Part shown: piece after piece, positions 1-7,733 of the stretch
Position numbering within the stretch: the stretch's first letter is position 1
How the letters are laid out: each line of letters starts with the position of its first letter
Assembly: GCA_010031885.1 (NCBI GenBank)
Contig: RGYU01000001.1
Location: 1-55,444, forward strand
From: Chlamydiota bacterium
GTDB taxonomy: Bacteria; Chlamydiota; Chlamydiia; Chlamydiales; RGXB01
Length of the DNA: 55,444 nucleotides
Direction of reading: 5' to 3'
Notes under the pieces: model-generated
Told to the model about the DNA's origin: nothing
What the model saw: the letters and a program-made list of their open reading frames with translations, nothing else
The model's database searches: none
Position numbers and translations under genes: made by a program

Positions 1-1
1 A

Positions 2-670
2 ACGACGGAGACAAGAGCTTTAATTGTTCCAAATGCCACATTATCCCGTCATCGGATCAATTGGCTAGCGCCAGAAAATTTCGGACTATTTTTAAGACAA
101 TCCTCTCCTCAAAACGATTTGCCCTCGTCTGCTGATGAAATGACCTGCGAGCTTCACGAGGCTATCGACTCTTTTGTACAAAAACTGCAATCAGAAACTA
201 AGTCACCTACCCCTGAAGTTTTCCCCAATCCGTTTGCTTTAGATCGACAACTATCTTCTACCGATTACGGAATTGAAAGGGTTTTGCCTTTAAAGGTTTG
301 TTCTAACTCGGCTGACGAATTATCAACCCCATTTCCAGCAAACTATAGATTTCAAAAATCTTCACCATCAGAACTTCGGTTAGAAACCGAAGATCATTTA
401 TGCAATCTAGAAGTTAGCGCACTTGCCTGCTTACAATTAAATGATACTGATTCTGAAGATGGTTCTAGCTTTTTTGAAGAGAATGAATACATGGACGATA
501 ATGACTCTCAGCCAAGAGGTGATTCTACCGGCGATTTTTCACCTGCTGCCACATGTAAAATTACGGAACCTCAATCAGATGCGATGAGTTCGGAAGATCC
601 TGTTTTGATAGCGACCAAATCGTTTTCATCATTTTCCTTGATTGGAAAAGGGGCTTTTTTAAAAAGATAG
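2..670 (+). CDS. 3' part of a larger ORF truncated by the window edge; acidic Ser/Asp/Glu-rich, probably disordered C-terminus (hypothetical protein)
   Basis: Frame 2 is open from nt 2 (TTETRALIVPNATLSRHRINWLAPENF...) straight into the listed 119..670 ORF. That ORF's 'start' is only an internal TTG. No recognisable domain. Confidence 0.5.
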   Translation, partial: TTETRALIVPNATLSRHRINWLAPENFGLFLRQSSPQNDLPSSADEMTCELHEAIDSFVQKLQSETKSPTPEVFPNPFALDRQLSSTDYGIERVLPLKVCSNSADELSTPFPANYRFQKSSPSELRLETEDHLCNLEVSALACLQLNDTDSEDGSSFFEENEYMDDNDSQPRGDSTGDFSPAATCKITEPQSDAMSSEDPVLIATKSFSSFSLIGKGAFLKR

Positions 671-756
671 ACCCTATTTATCGGTATAAATTTAACGAAT
701 TCAATTGACGTCTATTTTTCTCCTAAGTTATACTTTAGCCACCTAAACATTTTATC

Positions 757-837
757 GCCCGTGTGGTGAAATGGCAGACACGCCAGACTTAGAATCTGGT
801 ACCGAGAGGTGTGGGGGTTCAAGTCCCTTCGCGGGCA
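757..837 (+). tRNA. tRNA-Leu (anticodon UAG), class II with long variable arm
   Basis: 81-nt cloverleaf GCCCGTG...CGCGGGC-A. The 7-bp acceptor stem has one T-G wobble. Anticodon stem CCAGA/TCTGG, loop CTTAGAA (anticodon TAG). About 13-nt variable arm, T-arm GGGGG-TTCAAGT-CCCTT. CCA is not encoded. Confidence 0.9.
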
Positions 838-842
838 ATTTA

Positions 843-876
843 AAGGCTCTTGTTTTACAAGAGCCTTTTTGTTTTT
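843..876 (+). terminator. Rho-independent terminator after tRNA-Leu
   Basis: Perfect 10-bp stem AAGGCTCTTG/CAAGAGCCTT (843-852 / 858-867), loop TTTTA, then TTTGTTTTT. Confidence 0.6.
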
Positions 877-879
877 CTA

Positions 880-1626
880 TTAAAATTTACCCTCAATCAA
901 CGGCTCTATGTATTCAAATTGAACACGTGCCTTTTGAGGACAAAAATTAGCAACATGTTCATCTAGATAGCCATAGCGAAACCCCGTCATTTGAATTCCA
1001 CGTTTTTGCAGTTCTTTTTCTATAGCCTCGAGATGCTGTAACTTATCATCGATGACAACCACATGACCAACATCATAGCAGAAGTGATCGAGCCATTTTC
1101 CAATCGCACTTCCCTTAGATCCACCGTTTGTGAAAACAATCCCATCCAAGGAGAATAAAAATGAATTTTTGTCCAAAAATTGCGCAGAGCGATCAACCAA
1201 ACAAGTATCAAATTCTATTCCACAGCTTTTTAACTGCTGAATTGTTCGCTTAGATAACTCAAAGCTGCGGATGGTCAATCCCATAAATGGGATCTTTTTT
1301 TGTCTTAACATGGAAAAAAAATCGGGTATTTTAGACTCGACTAATTGACACTGCGATAATGATTGGATTCCATTAAATTCAAAAGCTACTTTTTGAAGAG
1401 CCTCCGTGTGGGTTAGCCCCCCCTCCTCTAATTCTCTCCAACGGTGGTAAAACCATTGATCACTACCCAGCTCCTGTTTTAGATGAATCAAGGTATTATC
1501 GATATCAAATATAACAAGGACGTTTGGTTGATGGGGAATTTCTACCTCCTCGATCTTTTTGACATCAAATATAGTCCCTGAAATTGCAAGTGGTAGTAAA
1601 AAAATTAAAGTAAAATAGTTTCTCAT
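880..1626 (-). CDS. Secreted HAD-superfamily hydrolase-like protein (possibly the DUF2608-type family of intracellular bacteria)
   Basis: N-terminal signal peptide MRNYFTLIFLLPLAISG. HAD motif I FDIDNTL. Late acidic motif VVVIDDK. Confidence 0.6.
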   Translation of the reverse strand: MRNYFTLIFLLPLAISGTIFDVKKIEEVEIPHQPNVLVIFDIDNTLIHLKQELGSDQWFYHRWRELEEGGLTHTEALQKVAFEFNGIQSLSQCQLVESKIPDFFSMLRQKKIPFMGLTIRSFELSKRTIQQLKSCGIEFDTCLVDRSAQFLDKNSFLFSLDGIVFTNGGSKGSAIGKWLDHFCYDVGHVVVIDDKLQHLEAIEKELQKRGIQMTGFRYGYLDEHVANFCPQKARVQFEYIEPLIEGKF

Positions 1627-1719
1627 AGAATTTACCCAGCAAAAGTTTATTTAGTTTTCTAATAAAATCTTAATATTTCTGTTTACAGAAATTGTACAAT
1701 TAAACAAAAGAAGCGATTA

Positions 1720-2082
1720 ATGAAACAAATGCTTTTTCCTCTATTCCAACTAAGTTTGGTGATTTTTTTAGCGGTTGCGAACGATTATCAGCCAGCACCT
1801 ACTTTTCTAAATACTGCGCACATGATTCAAATGGGAGATCAAAATTCTAAAGTCTGTTTAATAGTATCCTTTGACCCTGACACGATCTATGGTCAGCGTT
1901 TTTTAAAAGAGCTTGAGGATGTTTACGATGAATTCATCCAGAAAGGATTTGTCTGCTACTACGAGGAAAAAAGAGAAGGTTTACCGATTACAATTTTTAT
2001 AAATGGCCAAAACAAAACCCAAGAAGTTTTTGAAACGAGCTTGGGATTAAGTCTATCTCGTGAAATATTTAGGGAGCTTTAG
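1720..2082 (+). CDS. Small exported thioredoxin-fold-like protein lacking the CxxC motif (hypothetical)
   Basis: Signal peptide MKQMLFPLFQLSLVIFLAVA. KVCLIVSFDPDTIYGQRF aligns by eye to the Trx beta1/CxxC region, with DTIY in place of CxxC. GLPITIFINGQ resembles the Trx cis-Pro loop. The stop lies 2 nt before the dsbB-like start. Confidence 0.45.
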   Translation: MKQMLFPLFQLSLVIFLAVANDYQPAPTFLNTAHMIQMGDQNSKVCLIVSFDPDTIYGQRFLKELEDVYDEFIQKGFVCYYEEKREGLPITIFINGQNKTQEVFETSLGLSLSREIFREL

Positions 2083-2084
2083 TT

Positions 2085-2480
2085 ATGTTTACAGGTTTTT
2101 TTTCTAGAGCAGCATGGATTCTAAGTTTTATAGCTACTGCGGCTAGCTTAACTGCTGAATTTGTTTTCAATTTTGATCCTTGTCCACTATGCCTCTACCA
2201 ACGATATCTAATGATTTCAATCGCTATTTTGTTATTTCCTGTCTGGGGCGGGCATAGTTTCTTTAAGATTTTAGCGACTGTTAGTGCCACCATAGGGATG
2301 ATCATTTCCTACGATCATGCAGTTCTTCAGGACACCCCATTTGAATCTATCCCCTCGCTTTTTAGTCAATTACCCGATTCATATGAGGGATTTTCGGTGT
2401 TTTTGACCCTACCAGTTGCCTCTTTTATCACCTTTAGTTCCATATTGATCTTTATTGTCCTTAGCTCAATCAAAGAATAA
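2085..2480 (+). CDS. dsbB: DsbB/BdbC-family disulfide bond formation protein B (single Cys pair)
   Basis: Four predicted TM helices. Family signature DPCPLCLYQRYLM after TM1. These are the only two cysteines in the whole protein. Confidence 0.6.
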   Translation: MFTGFFSRAAWILSFIATAASLTAEFVFNFDPCPLCLYQRYLMISIAILLFPVWGGHSFFKILATVSATIGMIISYDHAVLQDTPFESIPSLFSQLPDSYEGFSVFLTLPVASFITFSSILIFIVLSSIKE

Positions 2481-2482
2481 TC

Positions 2483-3133
2483 ATGGAGGTTACAAGCTAT
2501 GTCCCATTCATTGAACCGAAGCTATGGATTATAGATCTTGATGGGACCCTGATTGATACAAAATTGGCCAATCAAAGGGTGATTGAAGTAGTGATGAAAG
2601 AACTTAACCAACCCATATGCCAAAAAACAATAGATCAAAATCTCTCTGTAGGAACTGTCACTGTCCTAAAACTATTACTTCACAAACACCCTCAACTTGT
2701 ACCAAAAGCCTCTTATCTTGCGTTAGAGCTCTATAAAAGTCGTGAGTACCTTTCCCTTTTACGCCCCTTTCCGGAAATGATAAAGTTAGTAAACCACGTA
2801 AGAAAAAAGCATAAGGTTGCAATCGCTACTAATAGAGCAGAATCAACAAAACACATCCTTAAACATCACAAGCTTGAAGATCTATTTCATGCAGTAGTCA
2901 ATAGAGATATGGTTCAAAACGGAAAGCCACATCCTGAAATGCTTTTATTTTTGCTGAAATCATTCCGGCTTAACGAGAGTCAGGCTATTTTTATAGGCAA
3001 CGACTGGCCAGACATGCAAGCTGGTGTCCTAGCAAAAATTACTACTGTTGTCCTTGAAGAAAAAGATCATAAAAACTTTGTAGACCAGGTGATTAAAAAT
3101 GGACCTCGATCTTTTTTTAAGCAGGCACTTTAG
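2483..3133 (+). CDS. HAD-superfamily phosphatase (phosphoglycolate phosphatase-like)
   Basis: Motif I IIDLDGTLIDT, motif II IATNR, motif III GKPHPEM, motif IV FIGNDWPDMQAG. Confidence 0.75.
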   Translation: MEVTSYVPFIEPKLWIIDLDGTLIDTKLANQRVIEVVMKELNQPICQKTIDQNLSVGTVTVLKLLLHKHPQLVPKASYLALELYKSREYLSLLRPFPEMIKLVNHVRKKHKVAIATNRAESTKHILKHHKLEDLFHAVVNRDMVQNGKPHPEMLLFLLKSFRLNESQAIFIGNDWPDMQAGVLAKITTVVLEEKDHKNFVDQVIKNGPRSFFKQAL

Positions 3134-4740
3134 CTTCTTAGAAGAGAAAAACTTAAATAACCCCTTTTTTTCTCAAATATGATTGTTTCTAAATTCATTT
3201 GAGCTTGAGTATGTAAAATCAGCACTCCGCCCTCTTTTTGCATCTGTGCAATAAGAACTTCCAGCCCAGCATGATCTTTTTGCAAATCCATCTCTAGGAC
3301 AGAAGAGAACATCCATAGCCACCGTTTTACTCCACGACAGGGTTGTCTCGTATCTTTTATGATTCGCATAGGTTCAAATAAAATCATCAATCCCATGACC
3401 GAAAATAAATTGAAAGATCTCATCAAGTAGATATTTTTAGTGGGTATGTCCCCCTGGACTTTATAGATTAAATTTGTATAAAGCACTAGTAATGGACGAA
3501 AAAGGGAATGCCTGAACTCATAGGCAAATAAAATCCACATCAAAAGGGTCAATAAAGCTAAAAAGATGAAATTTTGGTGTGCGCTAAACCCTAAAATATC
3601 CCCAGATAACTCTAAAAAAGCTGCACCCGCTAATAAAAATACAAAACCTAACGTATTAGATGCCGCCAATACCGAAGCTCGAATTGGTTCCGGGCTCCTT
3701 GTTTGAATAAATCCATTTAACGGAACAATAAAAAATCCACCCGAGAGCCCTATTAAAAAACCCATGATTGATACAGATACAAAATTATGGGGACAATAGA
3801 CAATTCCAAAATAGGAAAAGGCGGTTCCAAGACCACCAATTAAGGCATAACTCACCTCAATATTTTTTCTTGCCACAAAACCGTAGAGGGCCGAACCGAT
3901 TCCTAGACCCAATGAGGTGTATAGGAGAATATAGCCTGTCTCGGCATCAGTTATATTGAGCTCTTGATAACCTAATGGGATCAAATTTAATTGAGTAAAT
4001 AGGCATGCCAAAAGGAAGTATGATCCATAAATAATCACATGAAAAAGGTGAGGGATCGGATACGTTAATTTAAGATATTTGTATGTTTCTCTCAAAAAAT
4101 TCCACTCTACCGGTTTACCTGGAAAAAAGTGGCTGGACCGTACAAATAAAGAAGTAAACCCTGCTAAAATTCCCAGTACAACTAAAACTAAACCTAAAAA
4201 ATCAAAATTCCTTTCACTGATAATTGTTAAGAAGGAAGCAATGAATGCCCCGATTAAAAGGGCGATGTAGTTGGATGCTGTTAATATGCTATTTGCAAAC
4301 GGAATTTTATCATGGACTACAATTTCGGGAATGATCGCAAGCCTTGCTGGGGAAAACAGAGAAGCTTGAAGCGCCATTAAAAATAGGCCTACATAAATCA
4401 TGACCCCATTTTTGAAATGCATGGAAAATAAAATCAGCAAAGCCCCTGAAATAGAGACAATTTGCAACCAACGGATCATGATCCCTTTCGGGTAGCGATC
4501 TGCTAGTTGTCCACCTAACATACTGAAAACTAAAAAAGGGACTACAATTACTAAAGAGGTTAAAAATAAAGTTCGGTTCACCTCTTCAATGCCTAAAAGA
4601 TCATTCAAAAAGAAGATAACGAGCATTCGGGCTATCGCATCATTCAAAGTGATCAGAAATTGACACAAATTGAGTGCGTGGAACGGTAATGATAGCCCCC
4701 ATAGGTGCCGATCCTGTTTTTCATTGAGATTCAAACCCAT
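3130..4740 (-). CDS. MFS transporter (LplT/lysophospholipid-transporter-like) with about 115-aa cytoplasmic C-terminal extension
   Basis: About 12 TM helices. MFS motif GGQLADRYPKG after TM2. C-terminal tail LIYKVQGDIPTKNIYLMRSF... is laid out like a PlsC acyltransferase but lacks its motifs. Confidence 0.65.
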   Translation of the reverse strand: MGLNLNEKQDRHLWGLSLPFHALNLCQFLITLNDAIARMLVIFFLNDLLGIEEVNRTLFLTSLVIVVPFLVFSMLGGQLADRYPKGIMIRWLQIVSISGALLILFSMHFKNGVMIYVGLFLMALQASLFSPARLAIIPEIVVHDKIPFANSILTASNYIALLIGAFIASFLTIISERNFDFLGLVLVVLGILAGFTSLFVRSSHFFPGKPVEWNFLRETYKYLKLTYPIPHLFHVIIYGSYFLLACLFTQLNLIPLGYQELNITDAETGYILLYTSLGLGIGSALYGFVARKNIEVSYALIGGLGTAFSYFGIVYCPHNFVSVSIMGFLIGLSGGFFIVPLNGFIQTRSPEPIRASVLAASNTLGFVFLLAGAAFLELSGDILGFSAHQNFIFLALLTLLMWILFAYEFRHSLFRPLLVLYTNLIYKVQGDIPTKNIYLMRSFNLFSVMGLMILFEPMRIIKDTRQPCRGVKRWLWMFSSVLEMDLQKDHAGLEVLIAQMQKEGGVLILHTQAQMNLETIIFEKKRGYLSFSLLRS

Positions 4741-4767
4741 AAATTTCGTTTAAAGGAAATTAAGTAT

Positions 4768-4804
4768 AAAAAAAAGGGCAAACAATTAGTGTCTGCCCTT
4801 TTTT
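4768..4804 (-). terminator. Rho-independent (symmetrical) terminator downstream of the MarR gene
   Basis: A8 run, stem GGGCAAAC/GTCTGCCC (one mismatch), 7-nt loop, T6 run. Read on the minus strand it ends in a T8 run. Confidence 0.5.
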
Positions 4805-4824
4805 AAAATCCATGAATCAGCGTT

Positions 4825-5280
4825 TTAAATGGAAGCTTGTGTCAACTTTTTGAGTTTATTGACTAGATCTTGCGTATCTTCTCCAGCTCGTCCAAGATAT
4901 TTGGAGTCCACTTCCTCTACAACTTTAAGAGCTTTCGTCAAAAGATCACGCCCTTCTTGAGTTGTTGAGAGGATCATCGCCCTTGTGTCGCTCGGATTTT
5001 TTTCCCTTTTAACTAAGTTTCGCTTTTCCAAACTTCTCAAAACATGTGAAGTCATCATCGCATCAACGTTAGCAATAGAAGACAGTTTTACTTGGCTTAA
5101 CATCTCGTTTTTAGACTCGATGGAATGAATTGTAGCCAATAACACAAACTGAACATGTGTTAGATCCAAATTAGCTAATGCTTCTCTTTGAAGACGTTGC
5201 CATTCTATGCTGATCTGCCATAGAAGAAACCCTGGCGTCTGGCTTAATTTTGGATATTTAACTCGCACTCGGCACCTCAT
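4825..5280 (-). CDS. MarR-family transcriptional regulator
   Basis: Winged-helix region LTHVQFVLLATI...LSQVKLSSIANVDAMMTSHVLRSLEKRNLVKREKNPSDTRAMILSTTQEG is typical of MarR/SlyA. Confidence 0.8.
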   Translation of the reverse strand: MRCRVRVKYPKLSQTPGFLLWQISIEWQRLQREALANLDLTHVQFVLLATIHSIESKNEMLSQVKLSSIANVDAMMTSHVLRSLEKRNLVKREKNPSDTRAMILSTTQEGRDLLTKALKVVEEVDSKYLGRAGEDTQDLVNKLKKLTQASI

Positions 5281-5282
5281 AA

Positions 5283-5320
5283 ATTCGTTTTCAGGTGCAT
5301 TCTACGATAAGAAAACGAAT
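5283..5320 (-). promoter_or_regulatory. Perfect 10-bp inverted repeat immediately 5' of the MarR start codon (candidate operator or RBS-occluding hairpin)
   Basis: ATTCGTTTTC (5283-5292) and GAAAACGAAT (5311-5320) separated by 18 nt. The proximal arm ends 2 nt from the ATG at 5280. Confidence 0.3.
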
Positions 5321-5464
5321 AAATCCAAGAAAAAAATTACGCATAGTTCTTTAGCGTGCCCTACAAGATCTTAATATTGTCCGTAGCATCCCATCACTAT
5401 CGAGATAAAATCGTATATAATCTTTGTTTTTTATAAGCGAAAACAGTTTGTTTTTCTTTTCACT

Positions 5465-5498
5465 AAAAAATAAAAAACCGAGCCTAATAAAGCTCGGT
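5465..5498 (-). terminator. Rho-independent terminator downstream of the acyltransferase gene
   Basis: Stem ACCGAGC/GCTCGGT (5477-5483 / 5492-5498), 8-nt loop. On the minus strand it is followed by TTTTTTATTTTTT. Confidence 0.6.
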
Positions 5499-5522
5499 AT
5501 GGGAAAAAAAATCGTATAAAAA

Positions 5523-7481
5523 CTAAAAAAGATTCATCATATCCCTAAGTGCTTTGAAAACTTCCGAACCAAATCGGTGGGCTTGATCTTGGGAATGGAA
5601 TTTGGTCGAACTGACCATAAAAACCAGCTTGTTTTCAAATGCTGCATTATATGAAATTCCATACCCGTCCTTTTCTAGTGGTAGAAATCCTCCCCCGTAG
5701 CAACTGGGTATCGGTGTTTGAGAGGTAGCCATCGCGAACCCCATTTGAATTGCTTTAGATTCTAGAAAAGGGGAACGGATATTATTTTTATGAGCCAATA
5801 ACCTAAGACCTAAAAGGTGCCTATCGATCCCCTGTCCAGACATCGCTAACAATTTGGTTTGATTATGTTCTTGGATCGCGTGGCGCAAAATCTCTCTTTT
5901 AGAGTCGTCACTTTTGAGCGCATCTTGCATGGCGATACAAAAAGATTTGGATTGAATCGATTGCGAGCGGATGGTTTCCGTTCTGCCAAAAGCATACCCC
6001 CTCAAGGAGGCCGTCTCATACGTTAGTGCCACTTTTTCTTTATGCAATCGAAAGAATGCAAGCTGAAGAGCCATTTGAATGAAAGAGTCTGGGCTTAGCT
6101 GAAGCGTTTTAATCCTATTTTTCCCCCAATCCTCAAAAACACTCACACTGATATCGTATTCTTGCGATTGATTTGCAAACAATTCTTCGGCTAATTTGAT
6201 ATTCTCTTCAATCTTAGGGTCACACTGAAAATCGAGCAAAGAAATACTCAGTTGCCCCTCCTGACATTCATATCCTAAAAATCCCCCATACATGGCTTTA
6301 TTTTTTTCTTCAGTCTTGGCAATCCTCTCAATCAAATTGGCTGATATCACCGCATCCTTGGGTGTATGCTCCAAATTTCCGGCAATTTTTCCGTTTTTAT
6401 AACAAAACAATTCAATCCCCAAATCGAACCAACGACCTTTAAACGAAAATTGTGATTTATAGGCCAATTCATCGAGCGATTCGGGACTTGAGGGATCAAG
6501 TACAATCGCAAATTGCGCGGACTCTATCTGCTCAAGTACCACTTTATTGCCTAAACTTAATAGATGTTCGCGCAGCTCAAACCACTGATCCCTTCTAAGA
6601 GATGTCAAAACCTCCACCCCTTTAGAAGTTGGAAAACGTACAGATTCTAAGTGGTGTATCGTATTTACAATCCAGGCAAACGGTATCTCTTCATCCAAAT
6701 CAAAATCTATTTTTACGAAACGACCATTTACAAAAACTAAGAAGTGGTTAGAGCGGGAAATATGAATTCTGTCAAAAGATTTTCCGGGTAATCGAGTCGT
6801 GCCAAAGAATTTGTAGTACTGATCCATTGCTATCGACTCGGATTTGGCTGAAAATAAATCCTGTATTGTCTGAATTCGCACTTCTCTTATCAGATCCAAG
6901 GCTGTTTGAATAGCTAGCGCTGCTCGAACATGTCTTAGCTCAATCCCCCTCGGCAAACCACCCATGAGCGAAGGTTCCTCAATAGGTCCAAGACCGTAGT
7001 AATTCGAGCTAAAAGGGAGCGGCGATCTTTCCCTTAAATAGGCGACGGGCTCCCAAAAAGGGCAAATCCAATTTTTTTGACCAAATCCGTAAAGTAAAAT
7101 ATCTCTTTGAAGTCTTATGCCCTCATTTTGTAAAAAACTTTTAGCATCAAGGCAAAGGTTATCGTAATCCTTGTCTGAAAGGATGGGGGCCACAGAAAGC
7201 AGAAAGCGTTTTACCGTATCTTCAATGGGTGGCACCGGGAAGCTAGGCAATTCTCGGTCTGGCCACCCCTTTTTTCGCATCAGATTTTCGACTTTTACTC
7301 TCGCCGAATCAAGAACTAGCGTTTCCCTTCTAAGAACTCGAGATTTGTGAAACTGTTCAAAAATATAAACAATAGCACGATCTAACTGCTCGCCGGCCCG
7401 TTCTTTCAACTCAATAGCGCAATTTTTAATAAAGCTTCTTGGGTAATTCAAAATCGAATGCATGAGCGCGTCTCCGTTCAT
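5523..7481 (-). CDS. Choline/carnitine O-acyltransferase family protein (eukaryote-type)
   Basis: 652 aa, the normal length for the family. Catalytic-His motif GNLEHTPKDA (EHxxxD). C-terminal GGGFLPLEKDGYGISYN...VFMVSSTK matches the GGGFGPVADDGYGVSY / STS region of carnitine acetyltransferases. Confidence 0.8.
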   Translation of the reverse strand: MNGDALMHSILNYPRSFIKNCAIELKERAGEQLDRAIVYIFEQFHKSRVLRRETLVLDSARVKVENLMRKKGWPDRELPSFPVPPIEDTVKRFLLSVAPILSDKDYDNLCLDAKSFLQNEGIRLQRDILLYGFGQKNWICPFWEPVAYLRERSPLPFSSNYYGLGPIEEPSLMGGLPRGIELRHVRAALAIQTALDLIREVRIQTIQDLFSAKSESIAMDQYYKFFGTTRLPGKSFDRIHISRSNHFLVFVNGRFVKIDFDLDEEIPFAWIVNTIHHLESVRFPTSKGVEVLTSLRRDQWFELREHLLSLGNKVVLEQIESAQFAIVLDPSSPESLDELAYKSQFSFKGRWFDLGIELFCYKNGKIAGNLEHTPKDAVISANLIERIAKTEEKNKAMYGGFLGYECQEGQLSISLLDFQCDPKIEENIKLAEELFANQSQEYDISVSVFEDWGKNRIKTLQLSPDSFIQMALQLAFFRLHKEKVALTYETASLRGYAFGRTETIRSQSIQSKSFCIAMQDALKSDDSKREILRHAIQEHNQTKLLAMSGQGIDRHLLGLRLLAHKNNIRSPFLESKAIQMGFAMATSQTPIPSCYGGGFLPLEKDGYGISYNAAFENKLVFMVSSTKFHSQDQAHRFGSEVFKALRDMMNLF

Positions 7482-7733
7482 TTAAATTATTTTGTAACGG
7501 CAATTTAGCGTAGGGAGAAAGATTTTATTAGTCAAAATTATTTGTTGATTGTTTGATTTATTTTAAAAGAAAAAACCAGAATTTATTTAAAATAAATAGA
7601 AAAAGATATGCCAAATAAAGGCTAAATTTGACTTTGAAATAATTCCTTCAAACTCAGAGCATACTCGACCTCTATGATAAAAATTTTTAATTTCTTATTG
7701 TCTAATAATTACTGATCCAATATAATTTTTTGC

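Noticed and set aside
757-7481. tRNA-Leu as the attachment site of a genomic island carrying the accessory genes downstream
   Set aside because: No integrase, recombinase or transposase ORF is present. I could not find a direct repeat of the tRNA 3' end anywhere in the window.
7581-7597. Palindrome ATTTATTT-A-AAATAAAT in the 250-bp intergenic region
   Set aside because: It is composed only of A and T in an extremely AT-rich spacer. Such palindromes are expected by chance and cannot be told apart from background. The same applies to AAATATTT repeats at about 54380-54410.
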